Positions 35,487 through 44,249 of a stretch of 64,000 nucleotides of DNA are shown here, piece by piece. Where the stretch lies: IMG/VR virus record IMGVR_UViG_640753059_000001; one strand, 5' to 3'. The notes beneath the pieces are model-generated. The model was not told the DNA's origin and made no database searches. It saw only the letters and a program-made list of their open reading frames with translations. The first letter of the stretch is position 1. Each line of letters starts with the position of its first letter. This stretch comes from a virus. Taxonomy: Duplodnaviria > Caudoviricetes. Both the position numbers and the translations under genes were made by a program.

Positions 35487-37357
35487 TGGCGAAGCCGACC
35501 AAGAAGTACCTGCTCGAGCTGGTGGCGCAGCACGGGCCCGAGATCGCAAAGGCGTTCAAGGCATCCATCACGTCGATCAAGGGCTCGGCGCAGGTCGGCG
35601 CCCTGACCACGATGTTGGAGAAGGGAGACATCAACGGCGCCCTGCTGGCCATCGGTCTCGATCCGGCGGCGTTCCGGAAGCTGGACCAGTCGATTTCCGA
35701 TGCCTTTGAGGATGGGGGTGGGAAGACGGCCCAGACCATCCCGCCGGTGAAAACCCCGGACGGGCTGCGCATGGTGGTGCAGTTCAATGCCCGGAACGAC
35801 CGCGCCGAGCAGTGGCTGAAGGACCAATCCTCGACGTTGATCCGCGAGATCATTGAAGACCAGCGGCAGGTGATCCGGGCCGTTCTCGCCGACGGCATGG
35901 CCCGCGGGCTTAACCCGCGCGACGTTGCCCTGGACCTGGTCGGGCGTCTCGACCCCGTGACGAGGACGCGCCAGGGCGGCGTGATCGGGCTGACCTCACA
36001 GCAACTGGATTATGTCCAGCGCTACCGGTCCGAACTGCTTTCCGGAGATCCGGCCCAGCTTCGCAAAGCGCTGGCGCGGGTGCGGCGCGACCGCAAGTTC
36101 GACGGTGCGATCCGCAAGGCCATCGCCGCCGGCAAGCCGATCGACGCCGCCGCGGCGGAGAAGATGGTCGGCCGATATTCCGACCGGCTGCTGCTCCTGC
36201 GCGGCGAGACCATCGGCCGGACCGAGGCAATGACGGCCCTGCACCAGTCGCAGGAGGAGGCATACCAGCAGGCGATCGACAAGGGAGCCCTGCAGAGCAA
36301 CCACGTCCGCTATTTCTGGCGAACGGCGGCGGACGAGCGGGTGCGCCACTCGCACGCGATGATCCCCGGCATGAACGAGAAGGGGGCACCGCACGGCACG
36401 CCGTTCTCGTCCCCGCTGGGCCCGATCCGCTTTCCCGGCGATCCCAACGCCTCTGCGGCCAACAGGATCGGATGCCGCTGCTGGCGCGAGGCAAAGGTTG
36501 ACTTCCTCGCCCAGGCCGTGGAGGCAGAGCAGAAGCCGAAGCCAGCACCTAAGCCGAAGGCGCCGCCCAAACCGAAGAAGCCGCTGCCACCGGAACCGGT
36601 CCTGCTGCCTCAGCGCTATGGCCCGGACGGGGCGGCGTGGCCCCGTGTGCCGTCGGAACTTGCAGATCGCGTCGCTGATGAACTGCTCACTCCGACCCAT
36701 CCGGCTTGGCGCAAGGAGATCGAGACCATCCTCAAGAGTGCGCCCGCGCCGTACAAGCGGCTTTCGATTGGGCAGGCTGGGCTCATCAACTGGTACACCG
36801 GCAGTGGCTACCGCCGGCTGAACAAGGATCTGCGGGAAGGGACGGGGAATTGGCTCACCCCGATGATCTCCGATGCGCTGAATGGCGCGCTGGACGCCGT
36901 CACCCGGAAGGCAACCGGCCTCGTGACCAGAGGTCTCAACGTCTACAGCGATGCCGAAATCACGTCGACCTATGCTGTCGGCGCCGCTGTCGAGTTCCCG
37001 GCCTTCACGTCGACGGGCCGAGGGTTTTCCTTCGGTGGCAATGTCCGGATGATCATCGATGGATCGTCCGGCGTGGACGTGAAGCCCCTGTCTCGCTTTC
37101 GTAATGAGAACGAGGTGTTGTTCAAGGCGGGCACGCGGTTTATCGTGACCGGCATGGCAAAGCGCGGGAACGTCTACGAGATCACGCTCAAGGAGGTCGC
37201 GGACGACAAAAAGTCCGACGATCGCGTCATGCTGGGCGGAGGGTTCTCGGACGAGGCGAAGCGGATCTTCGATCAGTGGCGTGAGCCGCAATCGGACGCG
37301 GAACACCGACTGGCGGACAAGATGCAGTCTGGTGGCGCCGGGCGGCGCATTCGCTGA
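35486..37357 (+). CDS. MuF-like head morphogenesis protein fused to an ADP-ribosyltransferase domain
   Basis: IGRTE, W.TAADERVRHSH, PGDP..IGCRC; KP-rich linker; YTGSGYRRLN..LR, TRG, FTST, ENEVL. Confidence 0.88.
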   Translation: MAKPTKKYLLELVAQHGPEIAKAFKASITSIKGSAQVGALTTMLEKGDINGALLAIGLDPAAFRKLDQSISDAFEDGGGKTAQTIPPVKTPDGLRMVVQFNARNDRAEQWLKDQSSTLIREIIEDQRQVIRAVLADGMARGLNPRDVALDLVGRLDPVTRTRQGGVIGLTSQQLDYVQRYRSELLSGDPAQLRKALARVRRDRKFDGAIRKAIAAGKPIDAAAAEKMVGRYSDRLLLLRGETIGRTEAMTALHQSQEEAYQQAIDKGALQSNHVRYFWRTAADERVRHSHAMIPGMNEKGAPHGTPFSSPLGPIRFPGDPNASAANRIGCRCWREAKVDFLAQAVEAEQKPKPAPKPKAPPKPKKPLPPEPVLLPQRYGPDGAAWPRVPSELADRVADELLTPTHPAWRKEIETILKSAPAPYKRLSIGQAGLINWYTGSGYRRLNKDLREGTGNWLTPMISDALNGALDAVTRKATGLVTRGLNVYSDAEITSTYAVGAAVEFPAFTSTGRGFSFGGNVRMIIDGSSGVDVKPLSRFRNENEVLFKAGTRFIVTGMAKRGNVYEITLKEVADDKKSDDRVMLGGGFSDEAKRIFDQWREPQSDAEHRLADKMQSGGAGRRIR

Positions 37358-37382
37358 CTGGACCGGAAATCGCTGAGAAATG

Positions 37383-37404
37383 GCCCGCTTCGGCGGGCTT
37401 TTTC
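37383..37404 (+). terminator. Intrinsic terminator after MuF-ART
   Basis: GCCCGC-TTCG-GCGGGC-TTTTT. Confidence 0.85.
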
Positions 37405-37419
37405 ATTGGGGAGGCGGGT

Positions 37420-37899
37420 GTGGCTGACCAGAACCTCAGCTTCGCAGCCCAGGTCGATGCTTGGGCGAAAAAGGTGAAGACGCGTCAGGTTGCAGTCTTC
37501 CGCGAGAGCGCGCAACGGGTGATCGGCGACATGCAGACGCCGGAGGGCGCGGGTGGCCGGATGCCGGTCGACACGGGCTTCATGCGCGCCAGCCTTCAGG
37601 CGACGCTCGGCACCCCAGCATCGGGCACTCTGAAGCCCCCACTTGAGGGCGCCGTCCAGGCCTTCGATGCCGGGCAGGTTGCCCTGGTGATCGCGGGTGC
37701 TGAACTGGGCGATACGATCTATGCGACCTACGGCGCCGCCTATGCCCGCCGGTTGGAATATGGCTTCGTTGGGCAGGACAGCCTCGGGCGGACCTACAAT
37801 CAGGCCGGGAAAGCCTTCGTGCGCTCGGCGGCCCAGAAGTGGGGGCAGATCGTCGGCGAGGTGACCGGCGAGCTCAAGGCCCGCCTCGGTCAGTCCTGA
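37420..37899 (+). CDS. HK97 gp10-like neck/tail-completion protein
   Basis: MPVDTGFMRAS, YARRLEYG, FVRSAAQKW. Confidence 0.8.
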   Translation: MADQNLSFAAQVDAWAKKVKTRQVAVFRESAQRVIGDMQTPEGAGGRMPVDTGFMRASLQATLGTPASGTLKPPLEGAVQAFDAGQVALVIAGAELGDTIYATYGAAYARRLEYGFVGQDSLGRTYNQAGKAFVRSAAQKWGQIVGEVTGELKARLGQS

Positions 37900-38102
37900 T
37901 TTCGCACGCCGTCCAGTTTGTCGGTGCTCTCTTCCATCGCCTTGACGAGGCTGAGCTGGAGCATCACGAGCGCTCGCCGCGCCGTCGCGATGGCGGTGTT
38001 TCCGCGCGTGGTCTCCCCCGGAGCGTCCCCGAGGGCTTCAGCAGCGGCGACCAGACGGTCGTGAACCTCGGTGTCGCTGAGGGGGCGGTGTTTTCGTGCC
38101 AT
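37890..38102 (-). CDS. Small antisense hypothetical protein
   Basis: 70-aa amphipathic ORF filling the gap between the gp10-like and protease genes. Confidence 0.5.
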   Translation of the reverse strand: MARKHRPLSDTEVHDRLVAAAEALGDAPGETTRGNTAIATARRALVMLQLSLVKAMEESTDKLDGVRNQD

Positions 38103-38131
38103 CGGCCCAGACCATAGCGGAGATCGCAGCC

Positions 38132-39247
38132 ATGGGGGACCCCCGGACGCTCTATGTCAGCCGGCCCCTGCTGAACGGCGCGGAACTGATCGATTGGGCG
38201 AAGGGGCAGGGGTTTACCAAGACGGTCCCCGCCGACGATCTGCATGTGACCATCGCCTACAGCCGCGATCCCGTGGACTGGGCGGCAGCCGGTGACCACT
38301 TCGACCAGGTGCGGGCCCGGGCTGACGGGCCGCGTTCAGTGGAGCAACTCGGCGACAAGGGCGCGGTCGTGCTGCGGTTCGAGCATGCTGAACTCGCCCA
38401 GCGCTGGCAGGCCTTCCGCGACATTGGGGCGTCCTGGGACCACGACGGGTACCGCCCGCACGTGACGATCACCTACGACGCGGCGGGTGTCGACCTGAGC
38501 AAGGTCCAGCCGTTCAGCGGCGAGCTGGTCTTCGGACCCGAAGAGTTCGCGGAGATCGATGAGGATCGGGCCGACCGGGTCCGGGCGAGTGAGAAGGGGC
38601 GGCGCGCCATGGAGATCAAGAGCTTCGCTCTGGAACTGAAGGAGGTTGGCGACGCCGGCACCTTCACCGGCTACGGGGCAGCGTTCGGCAACGTCGACCA
38701 GGGGCGAGACCTCATCGCGCGCGGAGCCTTCGCGGATAGCCTGTCGGCGTGGCGTTCGAAGGGCAAGTTGCCCAAGCTCCTGTGGCAGCACGACGCGCGC
38801 AAGCCGATCGGCGTGTGGACCGAGATGCGCGAGGACGACTACGGGCTCTTCGTGAAGGGCCGGTTCACCGCCGGCGTGAAGCAGGCGGATGAGGCGTACG
38901 CGCTGCTCAAGGATGGTGCTCTGGATGGCCTTTCCATCGGCTACGCCACCATCGAGGACGAGATCGACCGGGCCGCAGGGATCCGGAAGCTGGTCAAGCT
39001 CGACCTGATGGAGGTCAGCCTGGTCACCTTCGCGATGAACCCGGCCGCCGGCGTCACCGGCGTGAAGGCGGGCCCGCCGCGCACCATTCGAGAATTCGAG
39101 GCCGGGCTTCGGGAGAAGTTCGGTTTCTCGCACGCCCAGGCGAAGTCGATCGCTTCGTCCGGGTTCAAGTCGCTGGAGCCTCGGGATGAGGACGGCGCGA
39201 TGAACGACCTGCTGCGGACCATCAAGGGCATCCGGGCCGGTCTCTGA
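38132..39247 (+). CDS. Acb1-like 2H phosphoesterase fused to an HK97 prohead protease
   Basis: LHVTIAYS and YRPHVTITY (two HxT motifs); from Met 38609: FTGYG.F, LLWQH, PIG.W, GLSIGY, EVSLVTFAMN. Confidence 0.88.
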   Translation: MGDPRTLYVSRPLLNGAELIDWAKGQGFTKTVPADDLHVTIAYSRDPVDWAAAGDHFDQVRARADGPRSVEQLGDKGAVVLRFEHAELAQRWQAFRDIGASWDHDGYRPHVTITYDAAGVDLSKVQPFSGELVFGPEEFAEIDEDRADRVRASEKGRRAMEIKSFALELKEVGDAGTFTGYGAAFGNVDQGRDLIARGAFADSLSAWRSKGKLPKLLWQHDARKPIGVWTEMREDDYGLFVKGRFTAGVKQADEAYALLKDGALDGLSIGYATIEDEIDRAAGIRKLVKLDLMEVSLVTFAMNPAAGVTGVKAGPPRTIREFEAGLREKFGFSHAQAKSIASSGFKSLEPRDEDGAMNDLLRTIKGIRAGL

Positions 39248-39276
39248 CATCACACCGCCGAAACAGGAGCACCCCT

Positions 39277-40629
39277 ATGGCTGGTGAAAACGACGTGCTG
39301 GAGCAGATCCAGCGCGAGGTGAAGGGCTTTGGCGACAACGTCTCCGGGCTGAAGTCCTCGATGGAGAAGGACCTCGCCGACGTGCGCAAGCTCGCCGAGG
39401 AGGCGAAGAAGTCCGCCGATCGTCCGGAGGTGAAGGCGCAGATCGACGCGCTCACCACCTCCGTTTCCGAGAAGCACGCCGCGATCGAGAAGACCGTCGC
39501 CGAGCTGAAGGCCCAGGCCGACCAGGTCGCGACCGCCATGCGCCGGGCGCCCCTCGGCGATCCCAAGGAGCAGGGCGAGGAGCAGAAGCACGCCCTGGCC
39601 TATTTCGAGACCAAGGCGGCCGCCGCCGGCTCGCTGAAGGTGGGCAGCCCCATCGACCCGGCCGGCCTCGACATGGACGGCTATCGGGCGTGGACCAAGT
39701 CGTTCCCGCTCTACCTGCGCCGGGATGACAAGCCGATCGAGGCGAAGGCCCTCTCCGTGGGCTCCGACCCGAACGGCGGCTATCTCGTGCCGACCGCGAC
39801 CTCGGCGCGGATCCTGACCCGCATCTGGGAGACCTCCCCGCTGCGCCAGCTTTCGACCGTCGAGACGATCGGGACCGACAAGATCGAAATCCCGATCGAT
39901 GACGACGAGGCCTCGGCGGGCTGGGTCGGGGAGACCGAGGGCCGACCGGAGACCGGAACCCCGGCGATCGGCGTCCAGACGATCCCGGTCTTCGAGATCT
40001 ATGCGAAGCCCCGGGCGACGCAGTCGATGCTCGAGGATGCCTCGATCAACATCGAGGGATGGCTCGCCACCAAGATCTCGGACAAGTTCGCCCGGATCGA
40101 GGCCTCCGCCTTCATCGTCGGCAACGGGGTCAAGAAGCCCCGCGGCATCCTGACCTATCCGGCTGCGCCGGCCGGAACTTACGCGCGGGGCAAGATCCTG
40201 CAGGTGAACTCCGGTCATGCGACCAACATCACCGCCGACGGCCTCGTGAACATGACCTTCTCGCTGAAGGAGGCCTACCTCGCCAACGGGTCCTGGCTGA
40301 TGAAGCGTGGAACCGTAGGCTCGGTGGCGCTGCTCAAGGATGCTCAGGGCCAGTACCTGTGGCGCCCGGGGCTGGAGGCGGGCAAGCCGTCCATCCTGCT
40401 CGGCTATCCGGTGCGGCAGGCCGACGACATGCCGGTGGTGGGCGCCGGCGCGCTCCCGATCGCCTTCGGTGACTTCCGGGCCGGCTACACCGTCGTGGAC
40501 CGTCTCGGCATCACCACCCTGCGCGACCCCTACAGCGCCAAGCCGTTCGTGGAGTTCTACTCCCGCCGGCGCGTGGGCGGCGACGTGACGAACTTCGAGG
40601 CCTTCGCCCTCATGGTCGTGAGCGCCTGA
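39277..40629 (+). CDS. HK97-fold major capsid protein with delta domain
   Basis: Coiled-coil N-terminus, GGYLVP, AGWVGE, GNG..KPRG, FGDF, RRVGG. Confidence 0.95.
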   Translation: MAGENDVLEQIQREVKGFGDNVSGLKSSMEKDLADVRKLAEEAKKSADRPEVKAQIDALTTSVSEKHAAIEKTVAELKAQADQVATAMRRAPLGDPKEQGEEQKHALAYFETKAAAAGSLKVGSPIDPAGLDMDGYRAWTKSFPLYLRRDDKPIEAKALSVGSDPNGGYLVPTATSARILTRIWETSPLRQLSTVETIGTDKIEIPIDDDEASAGWVGETEGRPETGTPAIGVQTIPVFEIYAKPRATQSMLEDASINIEGWLATKISDKFARIEASAFIVGNGVKKPRGILTYPAAPAGTYARGKILQVNSGHATNITADGLVNMTFSLKEAYLANGSWLMKRGTVGSVALLKDAQGQYLWRPGLEAGKPSILLGYPVRQADDMPVVGAGALPIAFGDFRAGYTVVDRLGITTLRDPYSAKPFVEFYSRRRVGGDVTNFEAFALMVVSA

Positions 40630-40644
40630 TCCTGAGCTGACCGG

Positions 40645-40672
40645 GGGCCGCCGCGAGCGGCCCTCTCTCTTC
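40645..40672 (+). terminator. Hairpin/terminator after the capsid gene
   Basis: GGGCCGC-CGCGA-GCGGCCC followed by a pyrimidine tract. Confidence 0.55.
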
Positions 40673-40698
40673 ATTCCCGCCCGGAGGAGGGCTTCCCA

Positions 40699-41133
40699 AT
40701 GCATGGTCTTCTCAACAACGCCGAAGTGCGGTGGGTCAAGGCGGCCGTCGCCGCGGCGAACAACACCGACACCAACTCGGCCATCATCGACACCCAGGGC
40801 TATGAAAGCGTGATGTTCGTGGTGCCCGTCACCGCGAGCGTCGCGACTGGCGTGGCGAAGATCCAGCTCGAGGAAAACGACGCCAACGCCGATGCCGGCA
40901 TGACTGTGGTCGATGGGGCGGTGGCCTCGGCCGTATCGGGCGCCACCAACGACCTCGCCAGCAAGGTGCTGGTGGTCGAGTATTTCAAGCCCCGGAAGCG
41001 CTACGTGCAGGCGGTCATCACCAGCACGGTGGCCAACATCGCCTTCGGCGAGATGGTCGCGATCCTCGTCCCGCTCCAGCGCCCGGCGCAGCAGGGCTCC
41101 ACGGTGCTCGCCAAGGGCTTCGGCCAGAGCTGA
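40699..41133 (+). CDS. Putative capsid decoration protein
   Basis: IDTQGYE...KRYV beta-sandwich-type protein directly after the capsid gene. Confidence 0.6.
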   Translation: MHGLLNNAEVRWVKAAVAAANNTDTNSAIIDTQGYESVMFVVPVTASVATGVAKIQLEENDANADAGMTVVDGAVASAVSGATNDLASKVLVVEYFKPRKRYVQAVITSTVANIAFGEMVAILVPLQRPAQQGSTVLAKGFGQS

Positions 41134-41188
41134 CCGGATCCGGCGGGGGCTCGCAGGCCCCTGCCGATCGACGAGAGGAGCGTGAGCC

Positions 41189-41698
41189 ATGCGCGGTGTC
41201 GTTCTGAAGCCTTTCCCGTGGCTCGAAGACGGGATCAGGGCCGAGTATCTCTCCGGCGGCGAAGAGCGTGAGTTCGGGCCGCACTTCATGGGGCTGTACG
41301 CCAGCGGATTTGTGGCGGAGGTCAAGGCGCTGCCGGGCGCCCCCGAGATCCAGGCCTTCGAGGGTGCTCCGGAGAACAAGGCGAGTTCCGCCGAAGGCGC
41401 TGCTGGCACCGAACTCCAGACGGAGCCGGAGGCCGCTGCCGATGGGGCAGCATCGGTGGAGAGCACCTCCATTCCGGCTGATGTCGCTCAAGATCTGGAC
41501 GCCATCGGCCAGGGCGGCGAGGCCGGTCCGGCGGAGGACGCCGAAGGCGCTGCCGGCGCAGAGACCAACGCCGCGGAACTTTCTATCCGCCACGTCGGGC
41601 GCGGCAAGTGGGCGGTCTACCGTGGTGATGAGCGTCTCACCGAGGACGCACTGACCAAGGAAGAGGCTACGGCCAAGCTCGCCGAGATGCAGGGCTGA
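41189..41698 (+). CDS. Acidic linker-rich hypothetical protein
   Basis: APENK motif, acidic Ala/Glu linker, short HVGRGKW C-domain. Confidence 0.6.
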   Translation: MRGVVLKPFPWLEDGIRAEYLSGGEEREFGPHFMGLYASGFVAEVKALPGAPEIQAFEGAPENKASSAEGAAGTELQTEPEAAADGAASVESTSIPADVAQDLDAIGQGGEAGPAEDAEGAAGAETNAAELSIRHVGRGKWAVYRGDERLTEDALTKEEATAKLAEMQG

Positions 41699-41702
41699 TG
41701 CG

Positions 41703-42248
41703 ATGCTGATCGTCGAAGACGGCACGGGCATCGCTGGCGCGGAGAGCTATGCCACAGTGGCCGACACCGATGCGTATTGGGCCGCACAGCCGCAGGATGC
41801 GCTGGCGGCGGCTTGGGCGGCGGCAACCGAGGCCAGCAAGGAAGGCGCGCTCCGCGCCGCGTCGGCATATCTGGACGCGATTTACGGGGCATCCTACCGG
41901 GGCATCCGGAAGGGCTGGGAGCAGGGGCTCGAATGGCCCCGCACCGGAGGGCTGGATGCCGCCGGCGACCCGCTCGCCGTCTTGGGGCCGGGGAACGTGC
42001 CGCTCCCCGCCCTGCCGCCGATGCTGAAGAGGGGCGCGGCGGAACTGGCGCCGCGGGCACTCTCGGGCCCCTTGGCACAGGACGCCGACCGCGGCGGCCG
42101 CGTGAAGCGGGAGAAGATCGAAGGCGCGGTCGAGGTCGAATATTTCGACGGTGCCCCGGCCGAAACGAGCTATGGCGTCGTCGCCGGGATTCTCGGCCCG
42201 ATCCTCGATGGTTCGCAGGGCGGCCAGGCGACCTGGTACTGGGCATGA
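41703..42248 (+). CDS. Head-tail adaptor (DnaT-like family)
   Basis: MLIVEDGTG..AESY..AD.Y, Q.LEWPR, REK...VEVEY. Confidence 0.85.
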   Translation: MLIVEDGTGIAGAESYATVADTDAYWAAQPQDALAAAWAAATEASKEGALRAASAYLDAIYGASYRGIRKGWEQGLEWPRTGGLDAAGDPLAVLGPGNVPLPALPPMLKRGAAELAPRALSGPLAQDADRGGRVKREKIEGAVEVEYFDGAPAETSYGVVAGILGPILDGSQGGQATWYWA

Positions 42249-42601
42249 CGATCTACGATCGGGCGCGCCAGACCGCGTCGAAGCTCTTCACCAAGTTCGG
42301 CCAGGGCGTCGTCAGCCTGCAGCGCGACGTGCCGGGCGAGGGCGGCGACGCCTGGAACCCGCCCGTTGCGGTCCCGGTCAACTACGGCCTCAATGCCACG
42401 GTCAGCGGCGTGACGGCGCGCTATGTGGACGGAACGCTGGTCACGGCGAGCGACCTGATGCTCCGCTGCGCGGTGCCCGAGGTCGAGCCCCTCATCACGG
42501 ACCGGATCGTGATCGACGGCACGCCGCGGGTCATCATGAAGATCCAACCCCTCCCCGCAGCCGGCACGCCGGCGGCCTACCTCATCTTCGTGAAGGGCTG
42601 A
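42245..42601 (+). CDS. Head closure / head-tail joining protein
   Basis: Start MTIYDRAR (ATGA coupling); KFGQ..L.R, YVDGTLV..D. Confidence 0.75.
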   Translation: MTIYDRARQTASKLFTKFGQGVVSLQRDVPGEGGDAWNPPVAVPVNYGLNATVSGVTARYVDGTLVTASDLMLRCAVPEVEPLITDRIVIDGTPRVIMKIQPLPAAGTPAAYLIFVKG

Positions 42602-42602
42602 C

Positions 42603-43028
42603 ATGGCCATTTCACATCCTGAGGCCCAGATCGCCGACGCTCTGATCTGGCACCTGTCGCAGCTCGTGCTGACGCCGGCCCGCCCGATCTCCTATCCCGG
42701 CATGATCTTCTCGCCGACCGTGGGCGTGCCCTACCTGGCCGCCACGCACCTGCCCAACACGACTGGGGCGACGGGCCTTGCCTTCGACTCCGACCGTGAG
42801 TTTCGCGGCCTCTTCCAGGTTTCGGTCTTCTGGCCGGCGAGGAAGGGGATCATCGAGCCCTTCGACCTTGCAGGCGCTTTGGCAGTCCATTTCGCCAGCG
42901 GCACGCGGATCCTGCGGCACGGTCGCGTCGTCGAGGTGAACCGCCCGCCCACGGTCGCGCCGGCAATCGAACAGCCGGATTGGGTGCAGGTGCCGGTCAC
43001 CATCCGTTGGCGCTGCGTCGCGCCTTGA
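42603..43028 (+). CDS. Tail terminator-like protein (DUF4128-like)
   Basis: GLFQVSVFWP..G, A..HF..GT, VPVTIRW. Confidence 0.8.
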   Translation: MAISHPEAQIADALIWHLSQLVLTPARPISYPGMIFSPTVGVPYLAATHLPNTTGATGLAFDSDREFRGLFQVSVFWPARKGIIEPFDLAGALAVHFASGTRILRHGRVVEVNRPPTVAPAIEQPDWVQVPVTIRWRCVAP

Positions 43029-43084
43029 TATCCCGCCTGCGGACCAGAGCAGGCGCTTCCCTCCACCCAACCAGAGAGGCTCCC

Positions 43085-43426
43085 ATGCCGGCGAACCCGG
43101 GCGAAGTCGAGGTCACCCTCGACGGAAAAGCATTTGTTCTGCGGTCCACATTGAGGGCCGCCAAGGAGGTCAGCGCTTCGGCGGGAGGCTTCATCGGAGC
43201 CTACCAGCGCCTGGCCGCCTTCGACTTCTCGACCTATGTCGCGATCGTCGCGGCCGGCCTCGGCAAGAGATCTTCCGACGTGGAGGATGCGGTCTACGCA
43301 ACTGGCATCGCCCCGCTTTCGGCTCCGCTCTCGCGCTTCGTTCAGCTCCTCGCGAACGGCGGTAAGGAGCCCGAGGAGCCGAAGGGGCTCGATGACGAGG
43401 AGGGCACCTCTTCGGGGGAAGCCTGA
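43085..43426 (+). CDS. Tail assembly chaperone (G-like)
   Basis: V.LDGK.FVLR.TL.A; ends at GGGGGAAGCCTGA. Confidence 0.7.
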   Translation: MPANPGEVEVTLDGKAFVLRSTLRAAKEVSASAGGFIGAYQRLAAFDFSTYVAIVAAGLGKRSSDVEDAVYATGIAPLSAPLSRFVQLLANGGKEPEEPKGLDDEEGTSSGEA

Positions 43427-43659
43427 GCCAGTCGGAATACCACGACTGGCTCTTCAAGATCGGTACGGGATGGCTCGGCTGGACTGAGGCCGAAACGCTC
43501 GACGCGTCGATGCAGGGCATCGTCCTCGCCTACGAGGGCCGCCTTGACATGCTGAAGGCGATCTTCGGCGGGGCTGACAAGCCAAAGCCCATCGCAAACC
43601 TGACCCCGGCGGCCTTCGACGCGGTGTTCGGCACGATGGCTCACGCAAATCGAACCTGA
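43414..43659 (+). CDS. Tail assembly chaperone extension (GT-like), reached by a putative -1 frameshift
   Basis: The -1 frame reads SLSQSEYHDWLFKIGTGWLGWTEAETLDA... with no start of its own; not in ORF track. Confidence 0.65.
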   Translation, partial: GGSLSQSEYHDWLFKIGTGWLGWTEAETLDASMQGIVLAYEGRLDMLKAIFGGADKPKPIANLTPAAFDAVFGTMAHANRT

Positions 43660-43669
43660 GGAAAATCAA

Positions 43670-44161
43670 ATGTCTATCTATGGGATCAGCGGATCGAAGA
43701 TCTACATCGGCGGCGCCAAGGAGCCGGCCAACGGCGCGGACATGATCGCTACCGACTTCACGTCGCAGACCTGGACGGAAATCACGCCCGTCGAAAGCAT
43801 CGGCGCCCTGGGCGATTCCGCGGAGGTCTCCTCGTTCAATGCCATCGGCATCGGCCGGACCCTGAAACGGAAGGGTGTTGCGAATGCCGGCTCCATGCAG
43901 GTGGTCATGGGTTGCGACTATGCCGACGCCGGCCAGCTCGCGCTCCGCGCGGCTGCTATTGCGAAGGGCGCCTATGCCTTCAAGATCGAATTCGCCGACA
44001 AGCCGGCGACGGGCGCCTCGCCCAAGAACTCGCTTCGCTATTTCACCGCCTTGGTGATGAGCGCGTCGGAGCAGCTCGACGACGCCAACGGCACCCTCAA
44101 GCTCAATTCGACGCTGGAGATCAACTCCAACGTGGTGGTGGTCCACGCCTCGGCGACCTGA
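43670..44161 (+). CDS. Major tail tube protein
   Basis: GSKIYIG, WTEI..V..IG.LGD, K.KG..NAG, D.GQ, YF.ALV. Confidence 0.85.
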   Translation: MSIYGISGSKIYIGGAKEPANGADMIATDFTSQTWTEITPVESIGALGDSAEVSSFNAIGIGRTLKRKGVANAGSMQVVMGCDYADAGQLALRAAAIAKGAYAFKIEFADKPATGASPKNSLRYFTALVMSASEQLDDANGTLKLNSTLEINSNVVVVHASAT

Positions 44162-44207
44162 CGAGGGCGGCGTGCGCCGCCGCCTCCCCATCACCGTGTG
44201 ATCCGTA

Positions 44208-44236
44208 AAGCCGCCCGTCCATCGTGCGGCTTTTTT
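44208..44236 (+). terminator. Intrinsic terminator before the tape measure gene
   Basis: AAGCCGC...GCGGCTT-TTTT. Confidence 0.65.
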
Positions 44237-44249
44237 CATGGGAGCTTCC

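Noticed and set aside
39250-41472. Long antisense ORFs (also 33861-35549, 49577-51139, 53892-55400, 56495-57997, 9062-10297)
   Set aside because: Shadow frames of high-GC3 genes that have clear motifs on the other strand.
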